Below, in pieces: positions 46,509-56,104 of a stretch of DNA of 64,000 bases (positions are counted from its first letter, which is position 1; each line of letters begins with the position of its first letter). The notes beneath the pieces are model-generated. The model was given only the letters and a program-made list of their open reading frames with translations. It had not been told where the DNA came from and did no database searches. The stretch is from Vicinamibacterales bacterium (lineage in GTDB: Bacteria; Acidobacteriota; Vicinamibacteria; Vicinamibacterales; UBA8438). The stretch lies in NCBI GenBank assembly GCA_958296065.1, contig CATQHX010000003.1:124066-188065 (forward strand), in the 5' to 3' direction. The position numbers and the translations under genes are program-made.

Positions 46509-46910
46509 TCAAACGGAGTGGTCGGGTGGCGACGACGGCGTTTCCGGCGCCTCGAACGGGGCGTCGTCCGCCGCAAAGGCGGGACGTTCCTGCGCAACCG
46601 GTGTGGTGCGTACGGCACCCACCGCGCGGTCCACCATGGCCTCGATGGCCAGCATGCGATCCAGGACGTGGCGTTCGTCGTCCGCTCGGCCGTCCAGGCT
46701 GCGAAAGTAGTCGTCGGCGATGTTCAGAGCGGCGAGAACCGCCACGTGCACCAGGTCGCGACGCGGGGCACGATTCGCGACGGCCTCCATCTTCTCGCGG
46801 ACGTACGCGCCCAGGCGCGACACGTCGTCGGAGCCCAGCCGACTGCGGATGGGATACTCCCGACCCAGGATCTGGATAGTGGTGACGGCAGAGTCGCTCG
46901 TCTTGTCCAT
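46509..46910 (-). CDS. zapA: Cell division protein ZapA
   Basis: MDKTSDSAVTTIQILGREYPIRSRLGSDDVSRLGAYVREKMEAVA...VAVLAALNIADDYF. Confidence 0.8.
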   Translation of the reverse strand: MDKTSDSAVTTIQILGREYPIRSRLGSDDVSRLGAYVREKMEAVANRAPRRDLVHVAVLAALNIADDYFRSLDGRADDERHVLDRMLAIEAMVDRAVGAVRTTPVAQERPAFAADDAPFEAPETPSSPPDHSV

Positions 46911-46978
46911 CGCGTGGTAAACCGGGTGGCGCGTGCGAGTTCCGTCGAACGGCGTCCTGGTCCGGTTTCGACCCGCCG

Positions 46979-47088
46979 CTAGCGCCCCGAAACGCCTCGC
47001 CGGCTCGGCGTTTCGGCCCATCCCCTCCGTTCCATGACCTTGCGCCGCAGCACTTCGCTTCGCTCCGTTCTGCGGCGCAAGGTCCTAG
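46979..47088. repeat. 110-bp two-hairpin REP-like element, copy 2
   Basis: CTAGCGCCCCGAAACGCCTCGCCGGCTCGGCGTTTCGGCCCATCCCCTCCGTTCCATGACCTTGCGCCGCAGCACTTCGCTTCGCTCCGTTCTGCGGCGCAAGGTCCTAG. Confidence 0.85.
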
Positions 47089-47360
47089 AGGTCGAATGCT
47101 TCAAGCTGATCGAGCATCTCCGAGACCCGTGCGCGCACCTGCTCGCGCTCGGTCCGGAGCGTCTCCATCTCCGCCGCGTCGGTCTGCGTGACGGTCAAGC
47201 GCTCCTGGAGCGCATCGAGCTCCTCGCTCAACCGCTCGTTGTGGGTCCGCGTCTCCGCCAACTCCTGGCGCGTCTGTTCGAGCATCTGGACCAGCGCCGT
47301 CACTTTCTGGGCGAGACGGTCCACGGTGGCCAGGTCGACGTATTGGGTCGTGTCCGACAT
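47085..47360 (-). CDS. Small coiled-coil protein, ZapB-like
   Basis: MSDTTQYVDLATVDRLAQKVTALVQMLEQTRQELAETRTHNERLSEELDALQERL.. Sits immediately upstream of zapA. Its stop codon lies in the CTAG terminus of the REP element. Confidence 0.6.
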   Translation of the reverse strand: MSDTTQYVDLATVDRLAQKVTALVQMLEQTRQELAETRTHNERLSEELDALQERLTVTQTDAAEMETLRTEREQVRARVSEMLDQLEAFDL

Positions 47361-47406
47361 CAAGGATCCAACTCCTTCAAACAGGCGGTGCTCCGTTTCG
47401 GCACCG

Positions 47407-49503
47407 CTACCGCAGCGCGGCTCCATGCGCGGTCTGCAGTGCGGTCACGATCTCGTCGACGGCCTGTTGTACCTCCGCGTCCGTCAACGTGCGATCCGTG
47501 GCGCGGAACACCAGCCGGAACGCCAGGCTCATGTGACCCTGCGGAACGCCCTTGCCGGTGTAGAGATCGAACTCGCGTACCTGCAGCAGCGTTTCCGGCG
47601 CAACGGATCGAATCGTGTCACGAACCGTGGCGGCGGGCAAGGCGGCGTCAACGATCACCGCCAGATCGCGGACGATGGAGGGATAACGTGGCAGCGGCGC
47701 CGCGACCATCCGGTGACGGTCGGTGCCGGCGCGCGCGATGGCACCGAGATCGAGCTCGGCCACGAAGATGGCGTCGTCGGTGGGGAGGCCGCGCGCCTGC
47801 GCGATGGATGGCGCGAGCTCCCCGGCATGGCCGAGCACGAGCGGGCTCGCGGCGTCCGGCATCCTCGCCCGCACAAGGGCGGCGCGGCCCGGAGCGAGCG
47901 TGGGTCGGGCCGCCGGCTCGTACTCGGGCGTTACCCCGAAGGCTTCGCAGACCCGGTCGATGAGCCCGATGGCATCGAAGATGTCGGTCTGCCGTTCGCC
48001 CGCACTCCAATGCCTGGGAACCGAATCGCCGGTGAGCGCGACGGCCACGCCGGACGTCTCGCCGGCCGTGGCGGTGAAGCGACGCCCGATCTCGAACAGG
48101 CGGATGTCGCGGTGCTCGCGTCGGCGATTGTGGATCAGCGCGTCGAGCAGTCCCGGGACCAGGGACGGCCGGAGCACCGCGAATTTCTCCGACAGCGGAT
48201 TGGCGATGCGAACCAGCTCTTCAGGTCGGTCCACGAACGGACGCGCGGCGGTTTCCTCGACAAAGCCGTAGGTGATGGCTTCCGAGCAGCCTCCGGCGGT
48301 CAACACCCGCCGGAGAAGTCGCTGCCTGGACAGCGCGGCGCTGGGTGGCGCCGGCGGGCGGACCATCGCGGGGAAGGTCGACGGCAGCCGTTCGTAGCCG
48401 TAGTGGCGAGCGATCTCCTCGACAAGGTCGATCTCCCGACTCACATCCACGCGGTGCGACGGCACCGTCACGCGCCACCGCTTGCCGCCGCCATCGTCCG
48501 GCACCGCATCGACGCCGAAGTCGAGCCTTTCCAGGGTGGCCGATACGAAACCGGGCTCCACCGCCACCCCTAGCACGCGGCCGACCCGTTCATGGCGTAG
48601 CGTGACGGTGCCGCGGGTCCGGGGCGTGAGATAGCGGTCGACGATGGACCCGCGCGGCGCGCTGCCTCCGATCTCGTCGAGAAGCTGTAGCGCGCGCCGC
48701 ATCGCGCGCACGGGGGCCTCGATGTCGGCGCCCCGCTCGAAGCGGAACGAGGCGTCCGTCGACAACGCCAGCCGCTTGCTCGTGCGACGTACCGAGACGG
48801 GATCGAACCACGCGCTCTCGAACGCGACGAGCCTCGTCTCGTCGGTCACCTCGGAATCGGCTCCGCCCATGACCCCGGCCACCGCCTGAGGGCGAGTGCC
48901 GTCGGCGATGACGAGCATGTCGACTGCCAGCGGGCGCTCGACGCCGTCGAGCGTGCGCACGCTCTCTCCAGCCCGCGCGCAGCGGATTCTCAACTCGCCG
49001 CCTGCCAACCGGGCGAGATCGAACGCATGCATCGGTTGGCCGAGCTCGAGCATGACGTAGTTCGTGACGTCGACGATGCTGTTGATGGGGCGGACCCCCG
49101 CCGCTTCGAGTCGCGCCGCCATCCAGGCCGGTGACGGACCGACTGTCACCTCCGCCACCGAGGCCGCGTACCGGGGACACAGCGCGCGGGCGTCTTCCTC
49201 GATCATCACCGGTAGCGCATCGTCGCCGGTGGGCGTGTCGGCTACGGTCGGCCAGGCGATGGTATCCCCGTAGATCGTCGACACTTCGCGGGCGATGCCG
49301 GCGACGCTCAGGCAGTCGGGCCGGTTGGTCGTGATCTCGAGGTCGAGCACGGCGTCCTCGCCCCGGGACGGCCGACCGGGGATGGGCGGCGCCGGGTCGA
49401 CCGCCGATACTTCGAACCCGTGCGCGGTGAGCGCCTCGGCCAGCTCGTCGACGCTCACCGTTACCGGGACGAGCTCACGCAGCCAGGAAACCAGGATTCT
49501 CAA
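47407..49503 (-). CDS. pheT: Phenylalanine--tRNA ligase beta subunit
   Basis: The TTG start overlaps the pheS stop (TTGA), giving (M)RILVSWLRELVPVTVSVDELAEALTAHGFEV. B3/4, B5 and FDX-ACB-like segments. The upstream part of the 809-aa ORF overlaps pheS and was discarded. Confidence 0.9.
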   Translation of the reverse strand: MRILVSWLRELVPVTVSVDELAEALTAHGFEVSAVDPAPPIPGRPSRGEDAVLDLEITTNRPDCLSVAGIAREVSTIYGDTIAWPTVADTPTGDDALPVMIEEDARALCPRYAASVAEVTVGPSPAWMAARLEAAGVRPINSIVDVTNYVMLELGQPMHAFDLARLAGGELRIRCARAGESVRTLDGVERPLAVDMLVIADGTRPQAVAGVMGGADSEVTDETRLVAFESAWFDPVSVRRTSKRLALSTDASFRFERGADIEAPVRAMRRALQLLDEIGGSAPRGSIVDRYLTPRTRGTVTLRHERVGRVLGVAVEPGFVSATLERLDFGVDAVPDDGGGKRWRVTVPSHRVDVSREIDLVEEIARHYGYERLPSTFPAMVRPPAPPSAALSRQRLLRRVLTAGGCSEAITYGFVEETAARPFVDRPEELVRIANPLSEKFAVLRPSLVPGLLDALIHNRRREHRDIRLFEIGRRFTATAGETSGVAVALTGDSVPRHWSAGERQTDIFDAIGLIDRVCEAFGVTPEYEPAARPTLAPGRAALVRARMPDAASPLVLGHAGELAPSIAQARGLPTDDAIFVAELDLGAIARAGTDRHRMVAAPLPRYPSIVRDLAVIVDAALPAATVRDTIRSVAPETLLQVREFDLYTGKGVPQGHMSLAFRLVFRATDRTLTDAEVQQAVDEIVTALQTAHGAALR

Positions 49504-50627
49504 TAGGGAAACTGCTCCAGGAGCCGCAGGTCGTTGTCGTAGAACGCGCGGATGTCCTCGACGCGGTACTTCAGGATGGCGATACGGTCGATGCCGACAC
49601 CGAACGCCCAGCCGGTGAGTCGCTCGGAATCGTAGCCGACCGCTTCCAGCACGGCCGGGTGCACCATGCCGCTGCCGAGTATCTCCAGCCACCCGGTGCG
49701 CTTGCAGACCGCGCAGCCGTTCCCGGTGCAGAAGACACAGCTTATGAACACCTCGGCGCTCGGCTCGGTGTACGGAAAGAAGCTCGGGCGGAACATGACC
49801 TGCGTGTCCGGCTCGAAGAGCTGCCGCAGGAAGCACTCCAGTGTGCCCTTCAGGTCGCCCATCGTCACGCCTTCGCCCACCAGCAGCCCTTCGACCTGCT
49901 GGAACATCGGCGAGTGGGTCAGATCGGGGGTGTCCCGCCGGTAGACGAGTCCGGGCGCGATGATACGCACCGGCGGCTCGTGCGTCTCCATGTAGCGAAT
50001 CTGCATGCCGGAGGTGTGCGTCCGCAGCAGGGTGCCGGGCGCGCCGGCGGGCGTCCGGAGCGGCGCATCCAGGTACAGCGTGTCCTGCATGTCGCGGGCC
50101 GGATGCTCGGGCGGCATGTTGAGCGCCTCGAAGTTGTGGTAGTCGTCCTCGATCTCGGGTCCTTCGAGGATCTCGAAGCCGAGGCCGGTGAAGATCTGTT
50201 CGATCTCCTCCCGGATGACCGTCAGCGGGTGGCGGTGGCCGAGCGGGATCTCGCGGCCGGGCAGCGTGACGTCGACGCGGTCCTGCGTCGCCGGAACCGC
50301 TCTCGTCCTGGCGGCGGTCCTCGGAGCATCGGCAACCGCGCTTGCGGAGACGTCGTGGACCGTGGGCGAGGGTGGCGGTGCCGCGGCGTCGCGCCGCTGC
50401 TCCAGCGCCCGCTCGATCTCCTGCTTCAGCGCGTTGGCCTGCCGGCCGAGATCGCGCCGTGTCTCCGGCGGCGCCTGGGACACGGACTTGAGCAGGGCGG
50501 TGACCGCACCGCGCTTGCGGCCCAGGTAGCAGTGGCGCAACTCCTGGAGCTCGTCGGGCGTGCGCGTCCGGTCGAGCTCGGCCAGGAACGCGGCCCGCAC
50601 TTCGTCGACGGTGGCAGGAGGGGACAT
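49500..50627 (-). CDS. pheS: Phenylalanine--tRNA ligase alpha subunit
   Basis: ..HPLTVIREEIEQIFTGLGFE..FEALNMPPEHPARDMQDT..LLRTHTSGMQIRYM..FRPSFFPYTEPSAE..GWAFGVGIDRIA. Carries an Ala/Pro-rich insertion after the N-terminal coiled coil. Confidence 0.93.
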   Translation of the reverse strand: MSPPATVDEVRAAFLAELDRTRTPDELQELRHCYLGRKRGAVTALLKSVSQAPPETRRDLGRQANALKQEIERALEQRRDAAAPPPSPTVHDVSASAVADAPRTAARTRAVPATQDRVDVTLPGREIPLGHRHPLTVIREEIEQIFTGLGFEILEGPEIEDDYHNFEALNMPPEHPARDMQDTLYLDAPLRTPAGAPGTLLRTHTSGMQIRYMETHEPPVRIIAPGLVYRRDTPDLTHSPMFQQVEGLLVGEGVTMGDLKGTLECFLRQLFEPDTQVMFRPSFFPYTEPSAEVFISCVFCTGNGCAVCKRTGWLEILGSGMVHPAVLEAVGYDSERLTGWAFGVGIDRIAILKYRVEDIRAFYDNDLRLLEQFPY

Positions 50628-50727
50628 CGGTTAACGCTCAGGAGTCCGTGGCGGAACCCCGCGCAGCGTCGATGGCGTGGAGGACGTCCAGGTGCCAGGC
50701 GCGACGAGGGAGCATGTTCTGGACGTC

Positions 50728-51096
50728 CTAGGACGTCGACGCGGTGCGCGCCTCCCTGGCCTGCTCGGCGAGATGCGCGAACGCGTCCGGCTCGCGGACG
50801 GCGAGATCGGCGAGCGCCTTGCGATCGAGCCCGACTCCGGCCAGCTTCAGGCCGTTGATGAGGTGGCTGTAGCTCAGGCCGTGCTGCCGCGCCGCCGCCC
50901 CGATGCGCGTGATCCACAGACGGCGGAAATCCCGCTTCTTGCGCCGGCGTCCGATGAACGCGTAGTTCAGGGAGGTGTCGACCGCTTCCTTGGCGGCGCG
51001 GTACAGCTTGCTCTTGCGCTGGTAGAACCCCTTGGCGCGGGCCAGCAGCTTCTGCCGTTTCGCCCGCCGAATCGTGCCGCGCTTGACTCGAGGCAT
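50728..51096 (-). CDS. rplT: 50S ribosomal protein L20
   Basis: MPRVKRGTIRRAKRQKLLARAKGFYQRKSKLYRAAKEAV..RRKKRDFRRLWITRI. Confidence 0.95.
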   Translation of the reverse strand: MPRVKRGTIRRAKRQKLLARAKGFYQRKSKLYRAAKEAVDTSLNYAFIGRRRKKRDFRRLWITRIGAAARQHGLSYSHLINGLKLAGVGLDRKALADLAVREPDAFAHLAEQAREARTASTS

Positions 51097-51111
51097 CTTC
51101 TCGACTGCTCC

Positions 51112-51309
51112 CTACTTGTACGGAATCATGCGCCGGACCCGCGGCTCGTCGGTCGCGTCCATCGTCGTCGTCCCGCGGAGTCCGCGCTTCTGCTTCGTGG
51201 TCTTGCTGGTCAGGATGTGGCGCGAGAACGCCTTCTTGCGGGTCACCTTGCCGGTACCGGTGGTGTTGAACCGCTTGGCCGCGCCGCGGTGCGTCTTGAG
51301 CTTCGGCAT
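51112..51309 (-). CDS. rpmI: 50S ribosomal protein L35
   Basis: [42 protein letters not shown]. Confidence 0.95.
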   Translation of the reverse strand: MPKLKTHRGAAKRFNTTGTGKVTRKKAFSRHILTSKTTKQKRGLRGTTTMDATDEPRVRRMIPYK

Positions 51310-51328
51310 GCGTGTCGCTCCTACCGTC

Positions 51329-51898
51329 CTACCGTCCCTTCTTCGACATGGACTTGCTCGACAGGATCGTGTGCATCTGGTTGCCTTCCATACGAGGCAG
51401 CGTCTCCTGCGTGGCGACCTCCTGGAGCTCGTCGACGAGCCGTTCCAGGATGTGCCGCCCGAATTCCGGATGCGCCATCTCGCGACCGCGGAAGAAGATG
51501 GTCGCCTTGACCTTGTCGCCGTGCGCGAGGAAGCGCTCGACGTGCTTCTTCTTGAACTGATAGTCGTGTTCGTCGACCTTCGGCCGGAACTTGATCTCCT
51601 TGACCTCGATCGTCTTCTGGTGCTTCTTGGCCTGCCGCGTCCGCTTCTGCTCCTCGTACTGGTACCGCCCGTAGTCCATGATCCGGCAAACGGGCGGCTG
51701 GGCGGTCGGCGAGATCTCGACGAGGTCGAGTCCCTTTTCCCGCGCTATCGCAAGAGCCTGCGGCGGCGGCATCACGCCGAGTTGCTCGCCGCCATCGTCG
51801 ATGACCCGGATCTCGCGTACCCGGATCCGTTCGTTGACTCGCGTGCGGGGCTGGCGGAAATCGCGGCGTGGCCCGCGCGGGCCGCGTCCTGGAGGAAT
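51329..51898 (-). CDS. infC: Translation initiation factor IF-3 (ATT start)
   Basis: AAGGGAG RBS followed by ATT at 51898. ..[73 protein letters not shown]. The ORF track only reports from the internal ATG at 51775. Confidence 0.9.
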   Translation of the reverse strand: MPPGRGPRGPRRDFRQPRTRVNERIRVREIRVIDDGGEQLGVMPPPQALAIAREKGLDLVEISPTAQPPVCRIMDYGRYQYEEQKRTRQAKKHQKTIEVKEIKFRPKVDEHDYQFKKKHVERFLAHGDKVKATIFFRGREMAHPEFGRHILERLVDELQEVATQETLPRMEGNQMHTILSSKSMSKKGR

Positions 51899-51947
51899 AC
51901 CTTGCTCCCTTCGTGACAGCGTTCGCCGCTCTGGGCGAAGCGCTAGT

Positions 51948-53939
51948 TTACTCTGTCGCAGGGGTCCGCTTCAGCCGGACCTCCTTTTCGAGCGTCCGTA
52001 TCACTTCGTCGAGGGCGCAGGCCCCCAGATCTCCCCGCGTGCGGCTGCGCACCGCCACGGTGCCTTTCTCGACTTCGCGGTCCCCGATCACGAGCATCTG
52101 CGGGATCTTCTGAAGCTGGGCTTCGCGGATCTTGAGGCCGATTTTCTCGCGCCGGTCATCGAGCTCCACGCGAAGGCCGGCCGCCGCCAGCCGCTCCTGG
52201 ACCGTCCGACCGTAATCGTTGTGTCGGTCCGCGATGCTCAGGATGCGCACCTGCACCGGCGCGAGCCACAGCGGGAACGCGCCGGCGTACTGCTCGATCA
52301 GCAGGGCGATGAAGCGCTCGAAGCTGCCGAAGATGGCCCGGTGAATCAGCACCGGGGTGTGTTCGGTGTTGTCGGCCCCGATGTACTTCAGGCCGAAGCG
52401 CTGCGGCATCTGGTAGTCGAGCTGAATCGTCGCGCACTGCCAACGGCGCCCGATAGCGTCGGTGACGTGGACGTCGATCTTGGGTCCGTAGAAGCTGCCT
52501 TCTCCTTCGGAGACGGAGTACGGCGCCCCGCTGGCTTCGAGGGCTCCGCGCAGTTGCGCTTCGGCGTGATTCCACGTCTCGAGCTCGCCCAGGTACTTTT
52601 CGGGCCGGGTCGAGAGCTCGACCGCGTAGTCCAGCGCGAAGTCGCGGTAGATCCGGTCGACGAGCCGCATCAGCCGCTCGACCTCCTCGCCGATCTGATC
52701 CTCGGTGATGAAGCAGTGCGCGTCGTCCTGCGAGAACTGGCGGACCCGGGTCAGGCCGCTGAGCACGCCCGACGCTTCCTGCCGGTGCAGCACGCCCTGG
52801 TCGTGGAAGCGGAGCGGCAGGTCGCGGTAGCTGCGCCCCTCGCTCGCGAACATGAGCATGTGCCCGGGGCAGTTCATCGCCTTGAGAGCGTACTGTGCTC
52901 CCCGCCGGCCTTCCGCCGCGGAGCCGGAAGGCCTGGCGGCGTTCTCTACGGAGTTGGATGGCTCGCCGTCGGACTGGAGCAGGAACATGTTCTCCCGGTA
53001 GTGGTCCCAGTGTCCCGACGTTTCCCACAGCCCCTTGTTGAAGACCAGCGGCGTGCGGACCTCCTGGTAGTCCTCCCCGGCGAGAGCGTCCCGCATGTAG
53101 TCGGAGAGCAGGCGGTACAGCGTCGCCCCCTTGGGCTGCCAGAATGGCGCGCCCGGCGCCCACTGGTGGAACGTGAAGAGGCCGAGCTCCCTGCCGAGCT
53201 TGCGGTGGTCGCGCTTCTTGGCTTCTTCGAGTCGCGTCAGGTGTGCGGACAGCTCGGACGCCTTGAAGAACGCAGTCCCGTAGATGCGTTGCATCGGCTG
53301 GTTCTGCGCATCCCCCTTCCAGTACGCGTTTGAGCTGTGCAGCACCTTGAACGCCTTGAGCCGCCCGGTCGACGGGACGTGCGGGCCGGTGCAGAAGTCG
53401 ATGAAGGCGTGCTCGATCGTGTAGCACGAGACGACCGGTCCGCCTTTTTCCTCGATCAACTGCACCTTGAGCGGTTCGCCGCGATCACCGAAGAAGGCCT
53501 TGGCCTCGGCCTTCGACATCATCTTCCGCTCGTAGCGCAAGTCCTGCTTCGCCAACTCGCCCATCTTGCGCTCGATGGCCTCGAGGTCCTCCGGGACGAA
53601 CGGTCGGTCGACCACGAAGTCGTAGAAGAACCCGTCGCCGATGGCCGGCCCGATGCCGCACTGCGCCTCCGGGAACAGGGAAGTCACCGCCGCGGCCAAC
53701 AGATGCGCGGTGCTGTGACGATAGAGCTCCAGAGCCTCCGGAGCGCCGGGGGTGACGAACCGCACCGCCGCGTCGCTCTCGAGGGGGTACGACAGGTCGA
53801 CCATCCGCCCGTCGACGATCGCCGCGAGGGCCTGCTTGGCAAGGCGTGACGACAGGTCGGCGGCCACCGCTGCCACCGGCGTGCCCGCGGATGCGGCGCG
53901 GGTGGATCCATCCGGCAGGGTGACGGTGATCTGACTCAT
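51948..53939 (-). CDS. thrS: Threonine--tRNA ligase
   Basis: TGS domain [12 protein letters not shown]... HSTAHLLA, class II motifs ..[10 protein letters not shown].., ..[13 protein letters not shown].., anticodon-binding C-terminus. Contains a short insertion, [26 protein letters not shown]. Confidence 0.93.
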   Translation of the reverse strand: MSQITVTLPDGSTRAASAGTPVAAVAADLSSRLAKQALAAIVDGRMVDLSYPLESDAAVRFVTPGAPEALELYRHSTAHLLAAAVTSLFPEAQCGIGPAIGDGFFYDFVVDRPFVPEDLEAIERKMGELAKQDLRYERKMMSKAEAKAFFGDRGEPLKVQLIEEKGGPVVSCYTIEHAFIDFCTGPHVPSTGRLKAFKVLHSSNAYWKGDAQNQPMQRIYGTAFFKASELSAHLTRLEEAKKRDHRKLGRELGLFTFHQWAPGAPFWQPKGATLYRLLSDYMRDALAGEDYQEVRTPLVFNKGLWETSGHWDHYRENMFLLQSDGEPSNSVENAARPSGSAAEGRRGAQYALKAMNCPGHMLMFASEGRSYRDLPLRFHDQGVLHRQEASGVLSGLTRVRQFSQDDAHCFITEDQIGEEVERLMRLVDRIYRDFALDYAVELSTRPEKYLGELETWNHAEAQLRGALEASGAPYSVSEGEGSFYGPKIDVHVTDAIGRRWQCATIQLDYQMPQRFGLKYIGADNTEHTPVLIHRAIFGSFERFIALLIEQYAGAFPLWLAPVQVRILSIADRHNDYGRTVQERLAAAGLRVELDDRREKIGLKIREAQLQKIPQMLVIGDREVEKGTVAVRSRTRGDLGACALDEVIRTLEKEVRLKRTPATE

Positions 53940-53979
53940 GCTCTGTCGATCGGTCGGGTGACCGTCTCGGGACTAAACC

Positions 53980-54056
53980 TGGTAGGCACGGGCGGACTTG
54001 AACCGCCGACCTCCTGCATGTCAAGCAGGCGCTCTAACCAACTGAGCTACGCGCCT
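53980..54056 (-). tRNA. tRNA-Val (anticodon GAC), CCA encoded
   Basis: AGGCGCG-TA-GCTC-AGTTGGTTA-GAGC-G-CCTGC-TTGACAT-GCAGG-AGGTC-GGCGG-TTCAAGT-CCGCC-CGTGCCT-A-CCA. Confidence 0.93.
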
Positions 54057-54150
54057 ATCTTTCGCGGAGAGTGGATACTACAGGCCATGAAACGAACGGG
54101 CAGTATACCAACGGGCGGAAGGCATCGTCAAAGGACTGTCCCCCGGACCG

Positions 54151-55329
54151 CTAGGCAGCCTCGGCCGCGGTCTCCCGGAGTTCCTCGATGGCTCGCTCCA
54201 GGATCGGGTCCTCGTTCGGCAGCGGTTCCCCGAGTTCCGGCAACTGCACCGCCACGCCGATTTCCGGCTCGATGCCGAACGGCTGGAGCGACTCGCCCGA
54301 GCCGGTCAGGTAGCGCGCCCACGACAACCAGAGTCCGGAACCGTCCGGTAGTGCAACGAGGCGCTGCAGGCCCGTGCGGCCTGCCGTCCGCTGGCCGACG
54401 GTCGTTGCGCGGTCGTGTTCGATCAGTGCCGCCACGAAGATCTCGGCCGGACCCGACGACCCGAAATTGGTCAACAGAGTCACCGGCATCGCGATTGCGG
54501 CCTGGCCGGTCGCGGCCTCCAGGGGCGTTCTGTTGTTGCCGTTCTCCTCCCGAATGGCAAGGGTGCCCCCTGCCACGAACAGGCGCGCGGTGGCAATCGC
54601 GGCGCTGTAGGTTCCCTCCGCCGCATTGCGGACGTCGATAATCAGGTGCGCCGCACCCTCCGCCTCCAGCGCGTCGGCGGCGTTCGCGACACCGGCGGCG
54701 ATGTCCTCTTCGAAGGCCGGGATCCGCAGGTATCCGACGCCCTCGGCCTCTTCCAGCAGCCGTCCGTCGACCATCGCGGGCGCGAGCCGCTCGCGGACGA
54801 GATCTATGTCGTATGGCTCCTGGGTGCTGCCGCGGATCAGTGACAACGTGACCGTCGTGCCCGGCTCGCCGTAGAGCCGTTGCTCGCCTTCGATGACCGA
54901 CAGCAGGCGGGTCGGATCTCCGTCGATGGCGCGCACGTAGTCGCCCGGCGCGATGCCGACTTCGGCCGCCGGCGACCCGTCTCGCACGGCGATGACCTGC
55001 AGGTAGTACCGGCGTGTGACGTCGAGCCCGACGCGCCCCTCCGGCAACGGTTGACCGCTCTCGATCCAGCGCACGTCGGAGGGCGACAGGTAGGCGCTGT
55101 CGGAATCGAGGCCCTCCGCCAGGCCGCGCAACGCCCCTCTCAGCACGTCGTCGAGATCGACGAGCTCGACGTAGTTGTTCGAGATGAGCGAGACCACGTC
55201 CTCGAAGACGCGCAGATGGCGGTAGGTCTGTTCTTCCTCGCCCGCCGCGGCACGCGCGTAGTACCCGCCGATGAGCGTGAGGGTGACGATGGGGATCGAT
55301 GCGATGAAGACGATGATCCGGGTCCTCAA
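54151..55329 (-). CDS. S41 family C-terminal processing peptidase with PDZ domain
   Basis: TTG start with GAGG RBS (the long upstream ORF was discarded). TM anchor, PDZ (VIAVRDGSPAAEVGIAPGDYVRAIDG), and peptidase core ..YLRIPAFEED..LIIDVRNAAEG..LLTNFGSSGPAEIFVAAL. Confidence 0.8.
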   Translation of the reverse strand: MRTRIIVFIASIPIVTLTLIGGYYARAAAGEEEQTYRHLRVFEDVVSLISNNYVELVDLDDVLRGALRGLAEGLDSDSAYLSPSDVRWIESGQPLPEGRVGLDVTRRYYLQVIAVRDGSPAAEVGIAPGDYVRAIDGDPTRLLSVIEGEQRLYGEPGTTVTLSLIRGSTQEPYDIDLVRERLAPAMVDGRLLEEAEGVGYLRIPAFEEDIAAGVANAADALEAEGAAHLIIDVRNAAEGTYSAAIATARLFVAGGTLAIREENGNNRTPLEAATGQAAIAMPVTLLTNFGSSGPAEIFVAALIEHDRATTVGQRTAGRTGLQRLVALPDGSGLWLSWARYLTGSGESLQPFGIEPEIGVAVQLPELGEPLPNEDPILERAIEELRETAAEAA

Positions 55330-55587
55330 GACTGACCTCGCTTCAACCGGGAGGCTCGTGACGCCGCGGGCCGCAACCCGCGACGGGCTCGGCAGGAATC
55401 CTCCGAACCGCGTGCGGAACAGGCGCCGACAGAAAATGCATTCTATCGTATCGGCGGCGGGGCGTCGACGGTGAAGTCCTTTCGTTCGCCACCCGATATC
55501 TAGCTCGATGGACACCGCGTCGAGCCGGGACGTACGCTGTACCGGGCAGGGCGGTACGCCGTGAGGAGGCTCGTGGCCGGCCGGAGC

Positions 55588-56064
55588 ATGAGGGCACTGG
55601 GAATCGACTACGGGGATCGCCGCGTCGGGCTCGCGGTGAGCGACGGGACGGGGACGCTCGCCCGCCCGTTGCGGGTCGTGTCGCCTCGGGGATCGCTGCG
55701 GGAGCGGGCTGCCGCGGTGGCCGCCGAGGTGGCCGAGACCGCGGCGGAACCGGACGGGCTGGCGCTGGTCGTCGTCGGCGTGCCGCGCGCGCTGGACGGC
55801 ACGCCCCATGGCCAGACCGCGCGCGCATTGGCCTTCGCCGAGGCGCTCGGCGGCGTCACGAGCGTGCCTCTCGCGCTGCAGGACGAGCGGTTGACGAGCG
55901 TGGAAGCCGAGGCGCGTCTCGCGGTGCGAGAGCGCGACTGGCGGAAGCGCAAGGCGCGTCTCGACGCGGCGGCGGCGGCGGTGATCCTGCAGGACTACCT
56001 GGACCGGGCGGCGAGGGAGCGCGGCGGCGGGTCCGGGGCCGGCAGCGCAGGCGGTGACCAGTGA
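55588..56064 (+). CDS. ruvX: Holliday-junction resolvase-like nuclease RuvX (YqgF)
   Basis: MRALGIDYGDRRVGLAVSD..LVVVGVPRALDGTPHGQTARALAFAEAL..LQDERLTSVEAE..AAAAAVILQDYLD. Confidence 0.88.
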   Translation: MRALGIDYGDRRVGLAVSDGTGTLARPLRVVSPRGSLRERAAAVAAEVAETAAEPDGLALVVVGVPRALDGTPHGQTARALAFAEALGGVTSVPLALQDERLTSVEAEARLAVRERDWRKRKARLDAAAAAVILQDYLDRAARERGGGSGAGSAGGDQ

Positions 56065-56104
56065 GGACTCCGAGCCAGCGAGGCGTTTCGGGGCGCTTAG
56101 AGCG

